Source: Verrucomicrobiia bacterium (GTDB lineage Bacteria > Verrucomicrobiota > Verrucomicrobiia > Limisphaerales > UBA11358). From it: a stretch of 44,760 nucleotides of DNA. Location: the NCBI GenBank assembly GCA_035503995.1, contig DATJSQ010000070.1:1-44760 (forward strand), given 5' to 3'. A program made the translations under genes and the position numbers. This document shows positions 29,555 through 38,495 of the stretch, piece after piece; positions within the stretch are counted from its first letter, which is position 1, and every line of letters starts with the position of its first letter. Below the pieces are notes generated by a model, which saw only the letters and a program-made list of their open reading frames with translations, was not told the DNA's origin and did not search any database.

Positions 29555-30265
29555 TCACGCCGCCAGCTTTAAAAAGGGGATCACGCGCGCCGGCAGTTCG
29601 GTGGCGGTCATTTGCAGGATAGTTTCGAGCGGGGCGGCATCGGCCACGTCGAATTTCCCGGCAACGGTCCGGCGCAATTTTGCCAGGTGGGCGCCGCAAC
29701 CGATTTTTTGCCCAAGCTCATGGGCGATGCTGCGGACGTAGGTGCCCTTGGTGCATGCCAGGCGGAATTCGCCGAGCGGTTGGGAATAAGCGGTGAAGCG
29801 AAAATTGTACACGTGGACCAGCCGCGGTTCGCGTTCCACCTCCAGGCCTTTGCGGGCCAGTTTGTAAAGCGGGACACCGTTCTTTTTTATGGCGGAAACC
29901 ATTGGTGGAACCTGCATGAGGTCCCCGATGAACTGCGCCGCCAGTTCATTCAAGTGCTCGAGCGCCAGGGGCGGGACGGGCTTCGTTTCCAGAGGTTCAC
30001 CATCCGCATCATACGAATCGGTGGCGATCCCGAATTTGATTGTTCCTTCATAGACCTTGTCGTCACCCATCAACTTTTCCGACAGTTTCGTGCCTCTGCC
30101 GAGGACGATGATCAACAAGCCGGTGGCGTTGGGGTCGAGGGTGCCGCAATGGCCGACTTTTTTGATGCCGAATTTGCGGCGAATGGCGTCCACGACATCA
30201 TGGGATGTGGGGCCGGCGGGTTTATCAATGAGAATTGCGCCGTCGAGGGCGGAGAATTCCTGCAT
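29555..30265 (-). CDS. truB: tRNA pseudouridine(55) synthase
   Basis: GAILIDKPAGPTSHDVV, KVGHCGTLDPNATGLL (catalytic Asp), GTYVRS. Confidence 0.95.
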   Translation of the reverse strand: MQEFSALDGAILIDKPAGPTSHDVVDAIRRKFGIKKVGHCGTLDPNATGLLIIVLGRGTKLSEKLMGDDKVYEGTIKFGIATDSYDADGEPLETKPVPPLALEHLNELAAQFIGDLMQVPPMVSAIKKNGVPLYKLARKGLEVEREPRLVHVYNFRFTAYSQPLGEFRLACTKGTYVRSIAHELGQKIGCGAHLAKLRRTVAGKFDVADAAPLETILQMTATELPARVIPFLKLAA

Positions 30266-30270
30266 GAGAT

Positions 30271-31254
30271 TTATTTAGCGCCATTCAAGGCGCGTTTGAT
30301 GGCGGCAATGACCTTGCGCTGGACGGAGAGGGGCGGGCCCGGGATTCGGGCGCCGGCGGCCGCCTGATGTCCGCCGCCGCCAAACTGGGCGGCGATTTCG
30401 TTGACGTTGACGTTTGGATTTTTCGACCTGAGGCTGATGCGGGTCAATTCCGGCTCGAACTCTTCAAACACACAGGCGACGACCACCGGTTCGATGGCGC
30501 GGATATGGTCAATCAGGCCTTCGGTGTCATTGCTTTCGGCGCCGGTCCGCGAAAAATCGGCTTTTTTGAGCCACAAATAAGCGATGCGGTCGTTGGCGGC
30601 GAGGCGGAATTTGCTATAGACGTGCCGGAGCAGGCGCATGCGGGAAAGCGAATAGGATTGATAGACCTCATTGCAAATTTTTGCAAGATTTGCGCCGCGC
30701 GTGACGAGTTCAGCGCCCGTGTGAAAGGTGCCCGGGCGGGTGGTGGGATATTGAAAGGAGCCCGTGTCGGTGGAAACCGCGGCAAAAAGGCAGTCGGCGA
30801 TGGGGCGGGTGATGGGCCAGCGCGCGACCTTAAGCAGCCGGAAAATCAGTTCGCCGCAGGAGGGTTCGCGCGCGGACACCCAGTTAACATCGCCGTAATG
30901 GGGGTTGCTTTCATGATGATCAATATTGATGAGCACTTTCCGGTTGAGCGAACACCGGCCTGCTTTGCCGAGCCGTTCAAAGCTGGCGCAATCGGTGGCA
31001 ATGACGCAGTCAAATTTTTCCCCCGACCGCGGTTTTTGAAAAAGTCCGTCCGGGTCCAGGAAACGATATTTTGGCGGAATGGCATCCTCGTTCCAGCAAA
31101 CCACCGTTTTTCCAGCCGCTTTCAACGCGAGGGTCAGCCCGAGTTGCGAGCCGACGCAATCGCCGTCGGGGCGGACGTGTCCAACGACGCAAAAGGTTTT
31201 ATGCCGGCGAATGACTTCGAGGATGCGATCGATGATTTTGGGATAACTTTTCAC
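30271..31254 (-). CDS. nrnA: DHH/DHHA1 phosphoesterase (NrnA-like oligoribonuclease / pAp phosphatase)
   Basis: HVRPDGDCVGS, INIDHHESN, and C-terminal GGGGHQAAAG. Its start overlaps the rbfA stop by 4 nt. Confidence 0.9.
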   Translation of the reverse strand: MKSYPKIIDRILEVIRRHKTFCVVGHVRPDGDCVGSQLGLTLALKAAGKTVVCWNEDAIPPKYRFLDPDGLFQKPRSGEKFDCVIATDCASFERLGKAGRCSLNRKVLINIDHHESNPHYGDVNWVSAREPSCGELIFRLLKVARWPITRPIADCLFAAVSTDTGSFQYPTTRPGTFHTGAELVTRGANLAKICNEVYQSYSLSRMRLLRHVYSKFRLAANDRIAYLWLKKADFSRTGAESNDTEGLIDHIRAIEPVVVACVFEEFEPELTRISLRSKNPNVNVNEIAAQFGGGGHQAAAGARIPGPPLSVQRKVIAAIKRALNGAK

Positions 31255-31625
31255 GGAGAATCTTCTTCTTCCTGGCCGGCGCCCGCTTTTTCCAACTCTT
31301 CGATGATTTGCAAAACGCGGTTACCGCGCACAATGGAATCGTCGAAAACGAATTTCAGCGTCGGGGTGTATTTCAAGACGACGGACCGGGCGACGAGTCC
31401 CTGGATGCGGGCGCGGTGCTCGTCGAGCAATTGAATGCCTCGTTTCTGCTGGGCGGCATTTCCAAAGATACTGATGAAGACCGTGGCTGATTTCAAATCG
31501 CCGGCCACGTCCACGTCATTGACTGAAATCAATCCCGCTTCGCTGACGTTAAATTCACGGCGAATGGCTTCGCCAATTTCGCGCTTCAACAATTCGCGGA
31601 CGCGTTCATGTCGCAGATTGGGCAT
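31251..31625 (-). CDS. rbfA: Ribosome-binding factor A
   Basis: 124 aa. R..RVRELLKREIGEAI....V.VAGDLKSATVFIS pattern, and position between infB and truB. Confidence 0.92.
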   Translation of the reverse strand: MPNLRHERVRELLKREIGEAIRREFNVSEAGLISVNDVDVAGDLKSATVFISIFGNAAQQKRGIQLLDEHRARIQGLVARSVVLKYTPTLKFVFDDSIVRGNRVLQIIEELEKAGAGQEEEDSP

Positions 31626-31633
31626 TGTTCACC

Positions 31634-34033
31634 TCACAACTTGGCGGCGACTTTTTCGACGGAATAGCATTCAATCGCGTCGCCCACCTGGAATTCGCCG
31701 AAGCCTTCAATACGGATGCCGCACTCCATTCCGGCGCGGACTTCGTTGACCTCATCCTGGAAGCGCCGGAGGGATTGGGTGACGCCTTCGTAGATGACGT
31801 CCTTGCGGCGGCGCACGCGGACTTTTCCGCGGACGATTCGTCCGGTGGTGACCATGCAGCCGGCGACGGGGGCGCCCTTGGAGAGTTCAAAAATCTTGCG
31901 GACTTCCGCGGAGCCGCCGATGTTTTCGCGGATGACCGGCTCGAGCAACCCGGCCATGGAATTTTTCACGTCATCAATCAATTCATAGATGATGGCGTAG
32001 AGTTTGATTTGGACGCCTTCGCGCTTTGCCTTGTCGGCGGCGGTGCTGTCCACGCGGGTATGAAAGCCGAGAATGACGGCGGTGGAAGCGGAAGCCAGGG
32101 CGACGTCATTTTCGGTAATCGTGCCGACATCGCTGTGGATGATTTCGAGCGAGATTTTATCCGATTCGATTTTATTGAGGGCATCCACGATGGCCTCGAC
32201 GGAGCCTTGCGCATCGGCCTTGACGATGACTTTGAGGCCTTTGCTTTGGGCGGCTTCGAGGGTGGCGAAGAGGTTTTCGAGGGTGACCTTTTTAGCTTCC
32301 TGATTTTCGGCGCGGGTTTCGAGAAACCGCTGCTCGGCCAGCTCGCGCGCGGCTTTTTCATCTTCGACGACGGAGAATTCCAATCCGGCGTCCGGCACGC
32401 CGTTTAGTCCGAGCACCTTGACGGCGACGGACGGCGCGGCTTCTTTCAATCGCTGTCCTTCTTCGTTAATGAGGGCGCGGACGCGACCATAAAACTCGCC
32501 GCACAACATGATGTCGCCGACACGCAAGGTGCCTTTGCGGACGAGGACGGTGGCGGTGGGGCCGCCAGGCTCGACGCCGGATTCAATGACGTTGCCCTTG
32601 GCGCGCCGGTCGGGATTTGCCTTCAATTCAAGCAAATCGGCCTGCAACAGAATCATTTCGAGCAATTTATCTATTCCCTGTTTGGTGAGCGCGGAAACGT
32701 CAACGTAAATCGTGTCGCCACCCCAATCGTCAGGCGCGAGGCCCTTGTCCTGCAATTGCTGCCGGACTTTCAACGGGTTGGCGTTGGGATGATCTATTTT
32801 ATTAACCGCGACAAGGATGGGGACCTTGGCCGCGCGGGCATGGTTCAACGCTTCCAACGTTTGCGGCATGACGCCGTCATTGGCCGCGACCACCAGCACC
32901 ACGATGTCCGTGACGTTGGCGCCGCGGGCGCGCATGGAGCTGAAGGCGGCGTGGCCGGGGGTGTCCAAGAAAGTGATTTGCGCCAACTGGTCCTTGCGCT
33001 CCGGGTGCGGCACAGAAATGGTATAAGCGCCGATATGCTGGGTAATGCCGCCGGCCTCGCCGGCCGCCACATTGGCCTTGCGAATCACGTCGAGCAAACT
33101 GGTCTTGCCGTGATCCACGTGGCCCATGATGGTGACCACGGGCGGGCGCGGTTTGAGCTGCTCCGGTTTGTCTTCGACATCCAGTTCGACTTTTTTTTCG
33201 ACGGCGTGAATGATGCCGGCGCCACGCTCGCGTTTTTCCACCTCAAAGCGAAAGCCGTACTTTGCGCAAACCTGCTGGGCGATTTTTTCATCAATCGCCT
33301 GATTGACCGTTGCAAAAACACCGAGTTTCATCAAGTCGCCAATGATGAGGAAGGGCTTTTGTTTCAGAGCATTGGCCAGATCGCGGACGATGATGGGCGG
33401 CTTGATGATGATGATTTCGCCGGTTTCGGGCGCGACAAATTTTGGCTGCGCCGCCGGAGCCGGTTTGGCGGCTTCGCGCGGGGGCTGTTGGCGGCCATCG
33501 CGTCCCCGCGGACCGTCGCGTCCGCGATGTTCGTCGCGCCGGGACGGCGGGGCGCCCGGCCGGGACGGGGGCAATTTGACCGAGCCGACTTTTTCGCCGA
33601 GACGGGGCGGTTGCGGGCGGGTGGGCAACTGGATGAATCCCACCTTGTCGCCGACGCGTGGTCCGGCTGGTTTGGGCGGCGGCGGCGGCGCGACCGGCTT
33701 AGGTTTTTCGATGACTGGCGGTGGCGGCGGCGTCTCGACTTTCGGCTCGACGAGGACTTCCGGTTTGGGTGCGGGTGGCGGTGGCGCGGAAATGATCTGA
33801 ATTTTTTCTTCGACGGGTGGCGGCGCAGGTTTCGCGGCGGGGGGCGCGGGGGTTCTGGGGGCGATATCCGGATGGTCTTTGAGCAGTTCGCCTTCGAGCC
33901 ACTCGGCGGAAATTTTATCGAGGGAGCTGGAGGCGACTTTGGCGGCGGCAATGCCCAGCGATTTGGCCTTGGCAATAATTTCCTTGTTCTCCAGGCCATA
34001 CTTTTTCGCAATATCGTAGATACGAACGGGCAT
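31634..34033 (-). CDS. infB: Translation initiation factor IF-2
   Basis: IF2_N ([11 protein letters not shown]), a long Pro-rich linker, GTPase motifs [12 protein letters not shown] / DTPGH / NKID, and C-terminal domains. Confidence 0.97.
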   Translation of the reverse strand: MPVRIYDIAKKYGLENKEIIAKAKSLGIAAAKVASSSLDKISAEWLEGELLKDHPDIAPRTPAPPAAKPAPPPVEEKIQIISAPPPPAPKPEVLVEPKVETPPPPPVIEKPKPVAPPPPPKPAGPRVGDKVGFIQLPTRPQPPRLGEKVGSVKLPPSRPGAPPSRRDEHRGRDGPRGRDGRQQPPREAAKPAPAAQPKFVAPETGEIIIIKPPIIVRDLANALKQKPFLIIGDLMKLGVFATVNQAIDEKIAQQVCAKYGFRFEVEKRERGAGIIHAVEKKVELDVEDKPEQLKPRPPVVTIMGHVDHGKTSLLDVIRKANVAAGEAGGITQHIGAYTISVPHPERKDQLAQITFLDTPGHAAFSSMRARGANVTDIVVLVVAANDGVMPQTLEALNHARAAKVPILVAVNKIDHPNANPLKVRQQLQDKGLAPDDWGGDTIYVDVSALTKQGIDKLLEMILLQADLLELKANPDRRAKGNVIESGVEPGGPTATVLVRKGTLRVGDIMLCGEFYGRVRALINEEGQRLKEAAPSVAVKVLGLNGVPDAGLEFSVVEDEKAARELAEQRFLETRAENQEAKKVTLENLFATLEAAQSKGLKVIVKADAQGSVEAIVDALNKIESDKISLEIIHSDVGTITENDVALASASTAVILGFHTRVDSTAADKAKREGVQIKLYAIIYELIDDVKNSMAGLLEPVIRENIGGSAEVRKIFELSKGAPVAGCMVTTGRIVRGKVRVRRRKDVIYEGVTQSLRRFQDEVNEVRAGMECGIRIEGFGEFQVGDAIECYSVEKVAAKL

Positions 34034-34122
34034 ATATATATTTTTTCGCCAGCCGGAATGTGCAATTGGCCTTCATGGCTTAAATCGCAAATATAAAGTT
34101 TATTCCGGCTTGCGCCATAATT

Positions 34123-35388
34123 TCAACTATTGACCGGCAGCGTGCGGCTTTCCGCGTGGGCGCGCACGGCCTTCAAGATCTCTCCAGCTTTCTCGCCAAT
34201 TTGCGGAATGCTGCTCAAGTCGCTCTCTTCGGCGGACATCAAATCCTCGATCCGCGTCAGGCCGGCATGCACGATGGCGTCGGCTTGCTCGCGCGAAATT
34301 CCCGGAATCGCCGCCAGGGCTTCGATGGCTTCGGCGACCTTTTCTTCGAAACCCTTGGTGACCACTTCCTCGGCGTCAATATCCACCTCCCATCCCGTCA
34401 ATTTTGCCGTGAGGCGGGCATTTTGCCCCCGCTTTCCGATGGCCAGGGACAATTGGTCCTCGGCGACCAGGATGCTCAGGCGTTTTTTGGTCTCGTCCAC
34501 CTCGATGGACTTGAGTTTGGCGGGTTCCAGCGCTTTGGTGACAAAGGCCCGGATATCCGATGACCAGGGGATGACGTCCACTTTTTCATTGTTGAGTTCC
34601 CGGACGATATTTTTGACGCGCTGGCCGCGCATTCCCACGCACGCGCCCACCGGGTCAACCTTGGGATCGCGGGAATAAACGGCCATCTTGGTGCGGAAAC
34701 CCGGTTCGCGGGCGATGCCCTTGATTTCGATCGTGCCGTCGCTGATTTCGGAAACTTCCACCTGGAACAATTTGATGATGAAGCGGGGGTCGGACCTCGA
34801 CAAAATGATTTCGGGGCCGTGCGCGCCTTCTTCGACGGCCTTGACGTAACAGCGGATGCGTTCGCCGACCTGGTATTCTTCCGTGGGGACGCGCTCGCGG
34901 TTGGGCAGCGTGGCTTCGTATTTGCCCAGGTCCAGGATGACATCTGAGCGTTCGAACCGCCGGACGGAGCCGCTGACGATGTCGCCGACGCGGTCCTTGA
35001 ATTCGGTGAAGATGAGGGACTTTTCCGCCTGGCGGATTTTTTGCATCAAGGCCTGTTTGGCATATTGCGAGGCGATGCGGCCGAAGCCGGTGGGGGTGAC
35101 TTCCTTTTCGATTTCATCGCCGACGTTGGCGCCCTCCTTGATTCGGCGGGCGTCGAAGACGGAAATCTGGTCGTGTTTGGAGATGACCCTTTCGGTGACC
35201 ACGAGTTTGGCGAAGGCCTTGATGTCGCCGTTTTTCTGGTCAATTTCCACGCGCAATTCGCGGGCGGGTCCGACGGCCTTTTTGGCGGCAGACAACAACG
35301 CGTCCTGAACGGCGCCAACCAGGACGTCCCGGCTGATGCCTTTCTCGCGTTCCCAAAATTCCAATACTGCCAAAAAATCTGCGTTCAT
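34123..35388 (-). CDS. nusA: Transcription termination/antitermination factor NusA
   Basis: ATG 35388 (MNADFLAVLEFWEREKGISRD...) opens the NusA N-terminal domain. S1 (GDIVSGSVRRFE), KH1/KH2 (DPVGACVGMRGQRV; LAIGKRGQNARL) and a C-terminal HhH region follow. The 124 aa the ORF track adds upstream have no NusA or RimP character. Confidence 0.95.
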   Translation of the reverse strand: MNADFLAVLEFWEREKGISRDVLVGAVQDALLSAAKKAVGPARELRVEIDQKNGDIKAFAKLVVTERVISKHDQISVFDARRIKEGANVGDEIEKEVTPTGFGRIASQYAKQALMQKIRQAEKSLIFTEFKDRVGDIVSGSVRRFERSDVILDLGKYEATLPNRERVPTEEYQVGERIRCYVKAVEEGAHGPEIILSRSDPRFIIKLFQVEVSEISDGTIEIKGIAREPGFRTKMAVYSRDPKVDPVGACVGMRGQRVKNIVRELNNEKVDVIPWSSDIRAFVTKALEPAKLKSIEVDETKKRLSILVAEDQLSLAIGKRGQNARLTAKLTGWEVDIDAEEVVTKGFEEKVAEAIEALAAIPGISREQADAIVHAGLTRIEDLMSAEESDLSSIPQIGEKAGEILKAVRAHAESRTLPVNS

Positions 35389-35422
35389 AACTTCCACAAC
35401 GTCCACCGGGTGGCACGCGGCG

Positions 35423-35452
35423 AATAAAAAAGCCGGAAGAGTGACCTCCGAC
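35423..35452 (-). terminator. Strand-specific intrinsic terminator/attenuator hairpin about 35 nt upstream of the nusA start
   Basis: Minus-strand RNA 5'-GUCGGAGG UCACU CUUCCGGC UUUUUUAUU-3': an 8-bp stem (2 G.U pairs) and 5-nt loop, then a U6 run. On the plus strand the wobbles become A.C mismatches and no U-tract follows. Confidence 0.55.
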
Positions 35453-35633
35453 TTCGCGCGCTGGCCAAACCAGCAGACTTTACCATTCTTGGATAAAAGG
35501 ATAAATTTTCGCGACCCCGGCGTCAAGTGCCAATTCGGTCCGGTCTGGAGCCGCCAAAAGCCGGAGGCAAGCGACTTGATTGGAGAGGAATGCCTTGTTT
35601 TGGCATCCGTCGCACGGGCAAACAATCGCAGCC

Positions 35634-36501
35634 ATGAAAATTGAACCAAAAAGATACCGGGTCCGGGAAAATGAAAAAGTCCGGCTGAAGCAATGGCCGA
35701 CGCGGGGGAAGTCCTTTTACAAATCGGACCAGCAATACAAAAAAAATCCTCGCCAAGCACATCAAGGAAATGAGCCGGCAGCAGGGATTGCTATACGCCA
35801 ACAACCGTTATGCCTTGTTGCTGATTTTTCAGGCGATGGACGCCGCGGGCAAGGACGGCGCCATCAAGCACGTCATGTCGGGCATCAACCCGCAAGGCTG
35901 CCAGGTCTTCAGCTTCAAACATCCCGGCGCGAGTGAATTGGCGCATGATTTTCTGTGGCGCACCACGCGCTGCCTTCCCGAACGCGGGCGGATCGGCATT
36001 TTCAACCGCTCTTATTATGAGGAGGTGCTGGTCGTGCGGGTGCATCGGGAATTTTTGGAGGCGGAGGAATTGCCGGCCGAATGTCTCGACGACAAAAACC
36101 TCTGGGAGCACCGCTACCGCTCGATCACCGAACATGAAAAGCATCTGCATCGAAATGGCACGCGCATCGTGAAGTTTTTCCTGCACCTATCCAAAGAGGA
36201 ACAGCGGAAACGGTTCCTGGCGCGGATTGATGACCCGGAAAAGAACTGGAAATTCAGCCAGAGCGACCTGGCCGAACGGAGGCTTTGGAAGGAATATCAG
36301 GCGGCTTACGAGGAATGCCTGGCGGGCACCAGCACTGATTATGCGCCATGGTATATTGTGCCCGCCGACGACAAGGAGAATGCGCGGCTGATCATTTCCC
36401 AAATCGTCCTGGAGACGCTCAAGGAATTGAAAATGAGCTATCCGGAGGTGGGCGAGGGCCGGCGGAAGGAATTGCTGGCCATCCGGAAGGAATTGAAATG
36501 A
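35634..36501 (+). pseudogene. Polyphosphate kinase 2 (PPK2) family gene interrupted by a +1 frameshift in an A8 run
   Basis: The N-terminus [23 protein letters not shown]...SDQQYKK is in frame 0 (ATG 35634). The body ..[56 protein letters not shown] is in frame 1. The frames join if the run A8 at 35739-35746 is read as A7. Confidence 0.8.
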
Positions 36502-36637
36502 TTCGTCGGATGACAACATCGGGCAGTTGAAGGCGGTCCCGGGGGTGGAGAGCGGCTTTGATGTGGTGACGGGCCGATATATGAATGCGCTGCGCTTGAG
36601 CGCGTAGTTTGGATATGGGTATGATCAGGCGTGGAAG

Positions 36638-36817
36638 CCCCCATGCCAGCCGACGGATCGTCCCCTTGACCGCCAGACGCGACAACACTTTATCCACAGC
36701 ATCCCGCCCGCCAATGTCCAAAAAATCAGTCGGGGTGAAGGCCGAACCCCTCCCACTGCCGTAAATGCGGCTTTTCAATTTGAAATCAATGGTTTTCACA
36801 CATTTCTTGTTCTGCAT
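36638..36817 (-). pseudogene. N-terminal remnant of an AbiEi/DUF6088-type antitoxin-like gene
   Basis: MQNKK..KSRIYGSGRGSAFTPTDFLDIGGRDAVDKVLSRLAVKGTIRRLAWG matches my recollection of the DUF6088/AbiEi_4 N-terminal wHTH (..RIYGKGRG.AF...DF.DLG.R.A.D..L.RL...G.IRR...G.Y). Similarity then collapses, with a stop in the alternative frame, and the ORF runs into the PPK2 3' end. No AbiEii-like partner is present. Confidence 0.45.
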
Positions 36818-36894
36818 TCTGTCAGAAATGCCGCCTACTTTTTCTGACAAATAGAGCATATTACAGGCATGGAATTCGCTTATTTTCTGACAGA
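36817..36894. promoter_or_regulatory. Three copies of a TTTCTGACA(G/A)A motif (one inverted) over and upstream of the antitoxin-remnant start
   Basis: TTCTGTCAGAAA at 36817-36828 is the inverted copy and overlaps ATG 36817. TTTCTGACAAA is at 36841-36851 and TTTCTGACAGA at 36884-36894. The first two form an inverted repeat with a 12-nt spacer. Confidence 0.5.
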
Positions 36895-36909
36895 TTGACC
36901 GCTGCTCCT

Positions 36910-36934
36910 AAAAACCGCGTCGGACGCGGTTTTT
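36910..36934. terminator. Perfect 10-bp hairpin with A5/T5 flanks (bidirectional terminator-like)
   Basis: AAAAACCGCG TCGGA CGCGGTTTTT. It lies in a noncoding stretch about 270 nt downstream of the DUF3472-like gene stop. Confidence 0.45.
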
Positions 36935-37028
36935 AAGGCAGGCATCCGGCCCAGCGAACAAACTGCCGACGGGTCCACGGGCGCTAAAATTTTCAACGCG
37001 ACGCCGGGCGGCAGGATGCCGCCCTTTA

Positions 37029-37049
37029 CGGCAGGCAAGATGCCTGCCG
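37029..37049. repeat. REP-like GC-rich palindrome CGGCAGGCA-AGA-TGCCTGCCG
   Basis: Perfect 9-bp stem with a 3-nt loop. Related half-sites are GGCAGGCATC at 36937-36946 (the inverse complement of 37039-37048) and GGCAGGATGCC at 37010-37020. Confidence 0.6.
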
Positions 37050-37200
37050 CTACGATTCCGAAAATCATCCCCGCGCCGCTCCCGGAATTTTCGCAACTGA
37101 AACTGCCTTGCGAATTTCACGATGACCGCGATATCGCCGCTCGCTAATACGTCAATTAAATAGTACAATATCATTAACTGACCCCTTATTGGGTGACCCC

Positions 37201-38451
37201 TCACGGAGTCAACGGCGGGAGGATTAGGTCGGATGGCGGCTGGCCGGCAGCCGGGCGCGTGAACGTTTCGCCGAATTTTGTCCAACCGGGAATGAAACCG
37301 CCGTTGGACAGGAAGAATTGTCCATCCTCAACACCCATGAAGCGGTCCAGACGGTCTTTCCGGCCGGTCTCATCGCAACTGAATGACGCGTTGGTCAGTT
37401 CGATCCAGCGTCCGTCAGCCGTGCGAATCCATTGATTGCCAAAGAGCGCCTTGCGTCGCATCCAGCCGTTGGCATCGCCAAAATCTTCGTTGAAACTATA
37501 CAGGCCGCGCAGCCAATTGCCGTCCTTCGGCGCCTTCCAACTGGAAATGAGCATCCATCTCCTTTGGTCCGGGCGGAAATAATAACCCGAATAAATCGTG
37601 TGTGTTGCGTCCACCGGCCTGGCGGTGACAAGAAATCGCTGCTCTTGGCCCGTCTTCCAGTCGTAAACCAAGTGGCTGTGGCCGCCGGTCCCTTCATTCC
37701 CAAAACCGCCAGCGAAGACGCCCTCGCCTTTTGCCTCCAGCGCGACACGATTGTCCGCAGCCACCTTGTTGCGGTCGAATTTTTCATTCCCGCTGTCCCA
37801 CACACTGAAAATAATACGCCGCTCGGTGGAGCTGTTGACCTGCATTCCGAAATAACCACGCTGCCAGCCGCACGCCATGAAGTAGCTCCAGACCGGGGCG
37901 TCCACCGCGGTCACTTCGCAATAGAAGGCCTCGATGTTGGTGACATCGGGGGTAACATAAAACAGATGCACCGAGGCTGCGTTGCGCCGTGGATCGAGAT
38001 TAAAATGCGCGTTCTTGGCAGCTGGGCCATCAAGAATCAGCGCCTTGAGGTCACCTGCCGATTGGCCGTTCGCGTTGAGCGATTCGAGCGTGAAACACTG
38101 GTAACCCGCGGTGGCGATGTCAAACGCGCCGAAATTTGCCAGGACGGGATCGTCGCCCATTGCCCTGACGGCGACGGTGCGGGATTGGCTGGCAACCGTC
38201 AGGCGAAGTTTGCTCGTGGAATTGGCCGGCAATAGCAACGAGAGAGCGCAGTTTAGCTTGCCGGGAGTTCTAATATCGCCAAACCAAAGCACGTTGATTT
38301 TGGGATTGTTCCAGCCGGTAATGCCGTCGGATGAAACATCCGCACCGTTCGGGTCGGGAGCCAGATACGCGGTGGACGCCGGAACCCGCAATTCGGCTTG
38401 CAGCCGGCCCAGCGCAAATAACGTCAACAGCAGAAAAAGTGTTTTTTTCAT
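37201..38451 (-). CDS. Secreted protein of unknown function, DUF5077 + DUF3472-like architecture
   Basis: Signal peptide MKKTLFLLLTLFALGRLQA. The C-terminal half (..CGWQRGYFGMQVNSSTERRIIFSVWDSGNE..GNEGTGGHSHLVYDWKTGQ..YSGYYFRPD..) matches my recollection of DUF3472 proteins. Confidence 0.65.
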   Translation of the reverse strand: MKKTLFLLLTLFALGRLQAELRVPASTAYLAPDPNGADVSSDGITGWNNPKINVLWFGDIRTPGKLNCALSLLLPANSTSKLRLTVASQSRTVAVRAMGDDPVLANFGAFDIATAGYQCFTLESLNANGQSAGDLKALILDGPAAKNAHFNLDPRRNAASVHLFYVTPDVTNIEAFYCEVTAVDAPVWSYFMACGWQRGYFGMQVNSSTERRIIFSVWDSGNEKFDRNKVAADNRVALEAKGEGVFAGGFGNEGTGGHSHLVYDWKTGQEQRFLVTARPVDATHTIYSGYYFRPDQRRWMLISSWKAPKDGNWLRGLYSFNEDFGDANGWMRRKALFGNQWIRTADGRWIELTNASFSCDETGRKDRLDRFMGVEDGQFFLSNGGFIPGWTKFGETFTRPAAGQPPSDLILPPLTP

Positions 38452-38495
38452 TTTGACCGGGATTTCCGAACCCCTGCGCCGTTCCCCATTTCATT

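Noticed and set aside
30367-31434. 355-aa ORF on the plus strand
   Set aside because: It is antisense to nrnA and rbfA, whose own translations carry clear family motifs. It has no independent signals.
32756-34096. 446-aa ORF on the plus strand
   Set aside because: It is entirely antisense to infB. The translation is Arg/Gly/Asp-rich with no motifs. This is a typical shadow ORF of a GC-rich gene.
35389-35760. 124-aa N-terminal extension of the nusA ORF in the track; checked as a possible rimP
   Set aside because: It shows no NusA or RimP similarity. It overlaps the PPK2 N-terminus on the other strand and contains the leader terminator. ATG 35388 gives a canonical NusA N-terminus.
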